From: an uncultured Chloroflexia bacterium
GTDB lineage: Bacteria; Chloroflexota; Limnocylindria; Limnocylindrales; CSP1-4
Assembly: GCA_963768655.1 (NCBI GenBank)
Contig: CAVYIM010000004.1
Coordinates: forward strand, 224,001-288,000
Direction of reading: 5' to 3'
DNA length: 64,000 nt
Shown: piece after piece, positions 57,396-64,000 of the stretch
Layout: the number at the start of each line of letters is the position of its first letter
Numbering within the stretch: the stretch's first letter is position 1
Translations under genes and position numbers: made by a program
Notes under the pieces: generated by a model
What the model was told of the DNA's origin: nothing
Databases searched by the model: none
What the model saw: only the letters and a program-made list of their open reading frames with translations

Positions 57396-58283
57396 TCAGA
57401 GGACCTTGTCGACCTCGTCGAGCAGCACCTGCGGGTTGGCTGCCCGGACGAAGTAGTAGGGGCGGTCCGAGAACTTGGTGACCCACTTCGCGCGTTCGCG
57501 CCGCAGAGGCTCCGTGTCGACCATCGGCATGGGCCAGTCCGCGGCAAGAAGCTCATTGAGCAGGAAGTAGTTCTGGAGCGAATGGAGCGTCTGGAACTGG
57601 CGCTCGAACGGGATCATCTCGCCCAGGCTCGGATCGAAGTTGCCGTCGATGGCGGGCACGACCACGACGTCGACGTTGCTCGGCTCCGTGTAGAGCTCCC
57701 ACGTGGGCATGCCGCCGAAGAACTTGGCGACGCCGGCCTCGGGGGCCGCCTTGTCGGCGCGCTCGGTGCCCTCGGTGCGCTTCTTGATGAACGGCTCCTT
57801 GGAACCCTTCACCGCGCGTCCCGACGTGTCGACGACGGTCGTCTCGGTGGAGACCAGCAGCGCGCCGCGCCGGCAGGCCTCGATCTGACCCATGCTCTTG
57901 CCGTGGTTCGATTCGCCGCCGAGGAACATCACGGTCTTGCCGTGATAGCGCACCGCGGAGGCATGGAACGGGTGCAGCCCGGTCGCCTCCATGCGCAGGG
58001 CGAGCAGCGCGACGACGACCTTCTGGATCGGACCGGCCGGCCAGGGGCCGTTGAACGTCATCGTCCGGCCGTCGTAGGAGATCGACTTGTCGCCATCCTG
58101 GAGCCAGACGATGTCGGGCTTCGGCAGGGTCACCTCGGGCGAGATGCGCACGTCGGCGAGCCGGTAGTTGAGGAAGTTCAGGTCCTCGAGGACGTGCTCG
58201 CGGGGCTGACTCCCGTACACGTCCACCCGCAGCCGCGCGGTCTCGGCGGACATCTCCTCCGACAGTTGCAGTTGCTCGTTCAT
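57396..58283 (-). CDS. HPr kinase-like P-loop hypothetical protein
   Basis: FHASAVRYHGKTVMFLGGESNHGKS (HA plus a Walker A-like loop). Confidence 0.6.
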   Translation of the reverse strand: MNEQLQLSEEMSAETARLRVDVYGSQPREHVLEDLNFLNYRLADVRISPEVTLPKPDIVWLQDGDKSISYDGRTMTFNGPWPAGPIQKVVVALLALRMEATGLHPFHASAVRYHGKTVMFLGGESNHGKSMGQIEACRRGALLVSTETTVVDTSGRAVKGSKEPFIKKRTEGTERADKAAPEAGVAKFFGGMPTWELYTEPSNVDVVVVPAIDGNFDPSLGEMIPFERQFQTLHSLQNYFLLNELLAADWPMPMVDTEPLRRERAKWVTKFSDRPYYFVRAANPQVLLDEVDKVL

Positions 58284-59255
58284 GGTCTCCTTCCGCTGGC
58301 GGCCCGTGCCGCCTTCGCATCAGTGCCCGGGTTCGATCCGATCGGCCTCGGTCCGGGTGGTCTGGGCTGTTGTGGCGGAGTCGCGCCAGACGTCGTCGGG
58401 CGGCGACGTGAGTCCACGGACGGCGTCCGCGTCCAGGACTCAGGCCTGGCTTTGTTGGCGCGCGATCTCCGCGCTCGTGGCGCGGCCGTCCGATTTGGCG
58501 ACGGCATCGACGCAACCGTCAGCCGATGGTCGGCTTCGGCGCCTCCCAGGGGAGGCCTGCTCGGATCGAGGACGACCGCTTCGTCAGATGCCGACGGCTC
58601 GTCGACCCACGTCTCGCGGAACATGTCGCCGGCCGCCTTGAAATGGAGGTGGTATGCCGCCGCGGCCAGGTCGGGATCGCGGCTGCGAAGGGCCGTCAGA
58701 ATCGGGACGTGGAGGTCGGCGATATGGCGTCGGGTTCACGCCGGGGACTACAAGGGTGATGTACGTTCGGGAGAGCGGCTCAAGATGCCGCCAGACCCGC
58801 TCCAAAGTCTTGTTGCGAGCTATTTGGATGACGCGGGCATGGAAGGCGACGTCGATCACGGCCTCGGTGTGGGTGTCGCCCGCATCGGCCGCTCGCTGCA
58901 TCTCTTCCACGTAGCCCTGAAGCTCTTCGAGGTCCGCGTCCGACATCCGGGGCAGGGCGAGCCGCGCGCCGAGGGACTCGAGCTCGGCCCGAATCTCATA
59001 CGCCTCGAGCAGCTCGGACTTGCTCGGATGCCGAACGCGAGCCCCGCGGAATGCCGAAATCTCGACGATCCCGAGCGCCTCGAGGTCGCGCAGAGCTTCT
59101 CGCACGGGAGCCTGGCTCGTGCCAAGCTCCCGTGCGACTCGGGTTTCCACGATTCGAGAGCCCGGAGGGTAGCCGCCGGCCAGAATCTCCTGCAGCAGGC
59201 GATCCTTGACTTGATCGCTCAGGGGGCTGCGTGAGATCTGGAGGTCCGGCGACAT
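58280..59255 (-). CDS. GntR (FCD) family regulator, +1 frameshift near 58733
   Basis: ETRVARELGTSQAPVREAL; the FCD tail HIADLHVPIL..A..H continues in another frame to a stop overlapping the next ATG. Confidence 0.85.
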
Positions 59256-59279
59256 CTGTTCTCTCCGGTCAGAGGGTCT

Positions 59280-61113
59280 CTACTTGATCTTCGCCGGCGC
59301 GTCGGACTGGGTAGACGTCAGGACCTTGCCCAGGATCTCGACGACACCGGTGGTGCCGTTTACGCGGATCCGGTCGCCGCTCTTGATGTCGCGGGTGGCA
59401 ACCGACGTGCCGACCACGGCCGGGATGCCAAACTCGCGGGCCGTGACAGCCGGGTGGGCTACGGTGCCGCCCGCGTCGGTCACGACGCCGACGATCTTGG
59501 TGAAGACGGTCACCCAGGCCGGGTTGGTCATCTGGCAAACGAGGATATCGCCCGACTTGACCTGGTCGAACTGTTCGACCGTGTCAACGACTCGCGCGGT
59601 GCCTTCGACGACGCCTGGCGAGCCCGCGATGCCGGTGATCTGACCCTTGACCGTGGACTCCTTGCGGTGGAACTTCTCCGGGAAGCCCCACAGGTTCAGG
59701 TACGGGAAGGCCAGCTGGGTGGGCGTGCAGGTGCCGATCCATTCCTTCGGCCGGATTGTCTCGGCCTTCGCGTCCGCCGCCTTCCGCGCCTTCACGATCG
59801 CCCGGCCGTCCATTGCGGCGGGGTTGCCCATGAAGACCCGGAACTCGTTGTACTTGAAGAAAACGACGTCCTCGGCGGAGTCGAGGGCGCCCATCTCAAC
59901 CAGCTTCTGGCCGCACAGGATCAACGCCATGCGCAGGTGGGCGTTGGCGCCCTGGTCGATGTAGAAGTGGTGGTCCGGGGTGAGCGGGGCCATCTTGAGG
60001 TTGATGTCGTTGGCGGCCTTCATCTCGGCGAGAGCATCGCCGCTGAGGCCTTCGAGGATCTCCTTTGAGGCCGCAGCGATGTCGACCTGCGAGCTTCTTG
60101 ACCGTGCTCGGGTAATCGTAGTTGTTCTCGATGTAGCTACGCACGAGCCCGATGACCGGCTCCATGTGCTCGCGTACGGAGGGGAACCTGAACTCGTGAC
60201 TCCAGACGGCGTGCCAGCCGAATTCCTTCTGGTACGGCACGACCCGCTCGTCGATGAACTTCTTGCCGCGCGGCGTCTTCTTGAGGGCGGCGATGATCTC
60301 GCCTGCCGTCTCGTGCTTGAAGGCGGCGGCCAGGTCCTTGTCGGCCTTGGCCTCTTCCTTCATCTTCCAGAGGGCCTCGATCGAGTCCCAGTTGCGGTCG
60401 GCGGCGGAGTTCTGGAGACGGCCCAGGATGGCCTCGCCCTTCTGGTCGATCTTGCCATGGGTCTTCTCCATGACCGCCCGCAGGTTGAGGGTCGCGGAGA
60501 GCTGGGCGAAGTTGAGCATCCAGTGGATCTTCCAGTGCCGGTCGTGGATGTCGATGGCATCCTCGAGCAGGCAGGCCAGCTGGGCCAGGTTCATCTTGGG
60601 GGCCTGGTCGAACTTGTCTTCCAGGTACTTGAAGTTGTGCTCCATCTCCGGGCGCAGGCGGTCCTTCCACCAGGTCGCGAACTCGTCGCCGTAGGTGGGG
60701 AGGACGAAGCCTAGATAAGCCCCGATCTTGGCCGCGTAGTCGGCTTCCTGGGGCACGATCGGGGTCGTGGTGTAGCCGTACTCGCAGTCGGCGAAGGTGA
60801 CCAGGCCGGCCTGGGCCGGGATGGCCGCCGTGTACAGGTAGCCGTTGACTATCTTGGCGATCCAGTCCGTGGCGAACGGCGTGCCGAAGCGCCGGAACAT
60901 GTGATCGCAGCTCAACCACCACCCGCCGATGTCGTAGTACATCGGGCTGATAGGGTGGGGGCAGTGCAGGTCGTCGTAGACCCAGAAGAGTTCCTTCTCG
61001 GTCTCGGACTCCCACTTGATCGGGAAGTCCTTGTCGCCGAGGAACTGTCCCGTAATCTCTTCGCCCGGGCCGACCAACTTGGTGGTCAGTTTCTTGGCTT
61101 CCGCCATTGCCAT
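59280..61113 (-). CDS. PEP-utilising enzyme (substrate-binding plus phospho-His swivel domain), +1 frameshift near 60087
   Basis: The two ORFs join at KKLA/VDIAAASKEIL; GSPGVVEG, TNPAW, VTDAGG and AHPAVTAREFGIPAVVG. Confidence 0.85.
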
Positions 61114-61428
61114 TGCCTCCAGATAAGGCGTGTACGTGACGTCGGCATCGCCATTGCGGCGCAGACTCAGGTCGCAATCGCTACCGTTTCGGTTGGCAGG
61201 TACTCAGTGGACTGAACGCCACTCCTGGCTGCCGGTCACTTTCCTCAGCGGACGGGCGCCCGTGGATTGACCGGGCCCGGAGGATCTTCTCGCCGTGACG
61301 GGCGGCGAGGATCCATTGCTGACGGTGAAGGGTGCGACGGGCTCACGAGCCCGCCAACCAGATTTCGAGCGGCGCTGAACACGAAGGACGCGAGACACGA
61401 CGGGTTGAGTGGACTCCGGGTGAGCCGG

Positions 61429-62055
61429 TTACGCCTTCTTCACCTGGCGCGGGAACAGGATCACAACGTTGAACCAGCCGAGGAAAGCGCCGAGGAGTCC
61501 GCCCATGATGGCGGCGATTGCCGAGAATGCGATGTTCCAGTAGAGAGCCACGTCGGAGCTGAAACCGAAGTCGTTGAACCAGCCCAACGCCGCTCCGCTA
61601 ACGACACTCCCGGTGAAGAACACGCCGAGGAACACCGAGACGCCGTTGAAGAACGGCAGCGTGTTGGCGCCATTAACCACGGGCATGAACTTCATGGCAT
61701 AGATCAGGACGCAGAAGCCCACGAAGAACGCGATGTAGAGCGCGGTGTTGTCGTTGGTCAGCGTCTGCAGGCCGAAGTTCAGGACGGTACCTGAGCCGAA
61801 GGCCTTGCTGAGCACCGCGTAGAACTCGCAGATGAGGGCCCCGCCGACCACGCCGAGGATGTACGCCGGCACCATCCCCTTGAGAACCGAAGGCTTGGCG
61901 CCGAGGGCGAAGTACTCCGCCCACACGATGAACGCTGCCCACAGTGGGAAGTTGAGCTTGCCGAGCCAGATCCCGAAGGGCAGGCTTACAACGACCGTGA
62001 TGGCGATTGCCAGCCATAGCGGGATCGTGTTCTTGGTCTCTGTCTCTGTCGCCAC
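61429..62055 (-). CDS. Multi-pass membrane protein (DUF1097-like)
   Basis: GGAGG RBS; WAAFIVWAEYFALG; about 6 TM segments. Confidence 0.7.
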   Translation of the reverse strand: MATETETKNTIPLWLAIAITVVVSLPFGIWLGKLNFPLWAAFIVWAEYFALGAKPSVLKGMVPAYILGVVGGALICEFYAVLSKAFGSGTVLNFGLQTLTNDNTALYIAFFVGFCVLIYAMKFMPVVNGANTLPFFNGVSVFLGVFFTGSVVSGAALGWFNDFGFSSDVALYWNIAFSAIAAIMGGLLGAFLGWFNVVILFPRQVKKA

Positions 62056-62068
62056 ACTGAACCTCCAT

Positions 62069-62147
62069 CTCCTGCCAGCCAAGCGGCTGGTCAGCCAGCA
62101 ACGCTCGTGCTCCTGCCAGCCAAGCGGCTGGTCAGCCAGCAACGCTC
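62069..62147. repeat. Direct repeat, 2 x 38 bp identical (period 41)
   Basis: CTCCTGCCAGCCAAGCGGCTGGTCAGCCAGCAACGCTC at 62069 and 62110. Confidence 0.95.
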
Positions 62148-62291
62148 ACGCAGGTCGGGCCAAACGGGAGCGCAACGCCCGCTCCGCCGCGAGGGAGCAG
62201 CGGGTGCCGTCAGGCGCTCGACGAAGACCTCCTGCCGGGGTCGAACAATCGAGCCCGAGTTCCGGACAATCAAGTGCCGTTCGGCACTTTT

Positions 62292-62313
62292 CATCGATCA
62301 TCGATTATTGATG
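62292..62313. promoter_or_regulatory. Candidate GntR operator, ATCGATC-ATCGATT-ATTGATG
   Basis: Three 7-bp-period ATCGAT-like units in an AT-richer patch of the divergent intergenic region. Confidence 0.5.
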
Positions 62314-62347
62314 CTCTATGAGTATCCATGAACTGGAGGCTGGAGGC

Positions 62348-63442
62348 ATGCCCGTGACGTCGGCCGACTGTCCGTTGCTTCGCACGGCACGGCTCGGCCC
62401 AACCGACTACTGGAACGACTCGTGCGCGGTCGAGGAGCTGGCGTACGCCATCGAGCGCGGCGCCACCGGCGCCACCTCGAACCCGCCAATCGTCCTGGAA
62501 GTGCTCGGCAAGGAGAAGGCGCACTGGGTCCCGCGCGTCCGCCAGCTGGCCGCAGAGAACCCGACCTGGTCCGAGGTGGAGCTGACCTGGGCGGTCATCG
62601 AGGAGATGGCCGTCCGGGGAGCATCGCTGCTCGCCCCGATCCACGCCCAGACATCAGGCCGCAAGGGTCGGCTGTCGGTCCAGGCTAACCCGGCTAACTA
62701 CCGCGACCCTGCGCGAATGGTCGAGCAGGCCATCCACATCGCCGGCCTGGCCCCCAACCTCCACGTCAAGCTGCCGGCGACCTCGGCCGGCATGGTCGCC
62801 ATCGAAGAGGCCACGGCCCGCGGGGTCAGCATCAACGCGACGGTCTCGTTCACCGTTCCGCAGGCCCTCGCGGCGGCCGAGGCGGTGGAGCGCGGGCTGA
62901 ACCGGCTGGCGGCTGCCGGGGGCGATCCGGGGAAGCTGGTCCCGATCGTGACCATCATGATCGGCCGCCTCGACGACTGGCTGAAGGTCGTCGTCGATCG
63001 CGACGGCCTGTCCGTCAACCCGGCCGCGCTGGACTGGGCCGGGATCGCCGCCTTCAAGCGGACATACGGTATCTTCAAGGAACGCGGATACCGCAGCCAC
63101 ATGCTGGCCGCGGCCTTCCGCCACCACCTCCACTGGACCGAGCTCATCGGCGGAGACGTCAGCCTGACGATCCCGTACGCCTGGCAGGTCCGCTTCAACG
63201 CAAGCGGCATCGACCCGGTCTCGCGCATGGACGAACCGGTCGACCCGGCAATTCTCGCCGAGCTCTGCGCCAAGCTTCCCGATTTCCGGCGCGCCTTCGA
63301 GCCCGACGGGCTGACCCCGGCCGAGTTCGACAGCTACGGCGCCACCGTCCGCACCCTGCGCGGCTTCATCAAGGCCTACCACGACGTGCAGGCCGCGATC
63401 CGCGACATCGTTCTTCCGAACCCCGACGTGCGGACCCTCTGA
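62348..63442 (+). CDS. Transaldolase family protein
   Basis: WNDS, GATSNP, VKLPAT, INATVSFT and MIGRLDD. Confidence 0.9.
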   Translation: MPVTSADCPLLRTARLGPTDYWNDSCAVEELAYAIERGATGATSNPPIVLEVLGKEKAHWVPRVRQLAAENPTWSEVELTWAVIEEMAVRGASLLAPIHAQTSGRKGRLSVQANPANYRDPARMVEQAIHIAGLAPNLHVKLPATSAGMVAIEEATARGVSINATVSFTVPQALAAAEAVERGLNRLAAAGGDPGKLVPIVTIMIGRLDDWLKVVVDRDGLSVNPAALDWAGIAAFKRTYGIFKERGYRSHMLAAAFRHHLHWTELIGGDVSLTIPYAWQVRFNASGIDPVSRMDEPVDPAILAELCAKLPDFRRAFEPDGLTPAEFDSYGATVRTLRGFIKAYHDVQAAIRDIVLPNPDVRTL

Positions 63443-63476
63443 GGCCGCCGCAACAGCACTCACGGAGGCACCCATC

Positions 63477-64000
63477 GTGACCACGAAGGTACCCGACTCG
63501 GTCGGCCGCGCAGATCCACCCATCCTGAGCCATTGGATAGACGGCCGTCCGGTCGAGGTCCTTGCCGAGCACACCGGGCCCGTCCACGATCCTTCGACCG
63601 GTGCCGTGATCGCCAGGGTTCCGCGCGGGGGAGCGGCCGAGGTCGACGCGGCCGTCACCGCCGCCCGGCGGGCATTCCCGGGCTGGCGCGACACGCCGCT
63701 CATCACTCGCAGCCAGATCTTCTTCGCCTACCGCGCCCTGGTCTACGGCCACCGTGAGGAGCTGGCGGCCCTGATCACGCGCGATCACGGCAAGACCTTC
63801 CCCGACGCCCTGTCCGAGGTCGTGCGCGGCCTGGAGACTGTCGAATTCGCCTGCGGGCTGCCGGTCCACCTGGCCGGCCTGAACACTCCGAACGTCTCGA
63901 CGCGGGTCGATGCCCACACCCTGCGGGAACCCCTGGGCGTGGCCGCCGGCATCACGCCCTTCAACTTCCCGGCGATGGTCCCGATGTGGATCTACCCGAT
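63477..64000 (+). CDS. mmsA: CoA-acylating (methyl)malonate-semialdehyde dehydrogenase (runs off the window end)
   Basis: GTG after GGAGG; HGKT..DA..EV.RGLE.VEFACG and GITPFNFPAMVPMW. Confidence 0.9.
   Translation, partial: MTTKVPDSVGRADPPILSHWIDGRPVEVLAEHTGPVHDPSTGAVIARVPRGGAAEVDAAVTAARRAFPGWRDTPLITRSQIFFAYRALVYGHREELAALITRDHGKTFPDALSEVVRGLETVEFACGLPVHLAGLNTPNVSTRVDAHTLREPLGVAAGITPFNFPAMVPMWIYP

Noticed and set aside
60080-60100. Programmed ribosomal frameshift in the PEP-utiliser
   Set aside because: There is no slippery heptamer or obvious stimulatory structure; an indel is the simpler explanation.
62069-62147. Mini-CRISPR
   Set aside because: There are two copies separated by only 3 bp, with no spacer.

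Overview
This is a 64-kb window of very GC-rich bacterial DNA. The gene style suggests Chloroflexota or Actinomycetota, which is inference only. (1) 1-13.2 kb is mixed metabolic and accessory genes, opening with a divergent DeoR/BtpA/metallophosphoesterase and APC permease/nucleotidyltransferase module. (2) 13.2-30.45 kb holds two tandem genomic islands integrated at tRNA-Gly(CCC) (30378-30453, minus strand), marked by tRNA 3' duplicates at 20835 and 13203, one intact tyrosine integrase and one deleted copy. The inner island looks like a defence island: HigBA, AbiEi/AbiEii, a second type IV-like TA pair, a HEPN-motif protein, a proteasome-like Ntn protein and a large PD-(D/E)xK protein. The outer island carries a UvrA2/DrrC-like cluster, a surface protein and a HEPN/XRE-MNT pair. 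(3) 31-38 kb has a HAD phosphatase, an FGGY kinase, a methyltransferase and a GH149-like phosphorylase. (4) 38-51 kb is a molybdate uptake and Moco/MCD biosynthesis cluster, with a shared structured leader motif upstream of two Moco genes. (5) 51-64 kb is an uncharacterised GntR-associated catabolic locus: a PEP-utilising His-domain phosphotransferase, an HPrK-like P-loop protein, a three-subunit Mo hydroxylase, cyclase, Zn-dehydrogenase, cupin, membrane protein, and divergent transaldolase and mmsA. It contains two +1 frameshifts. All calls come from reading motifs by eye; no database searches were run.
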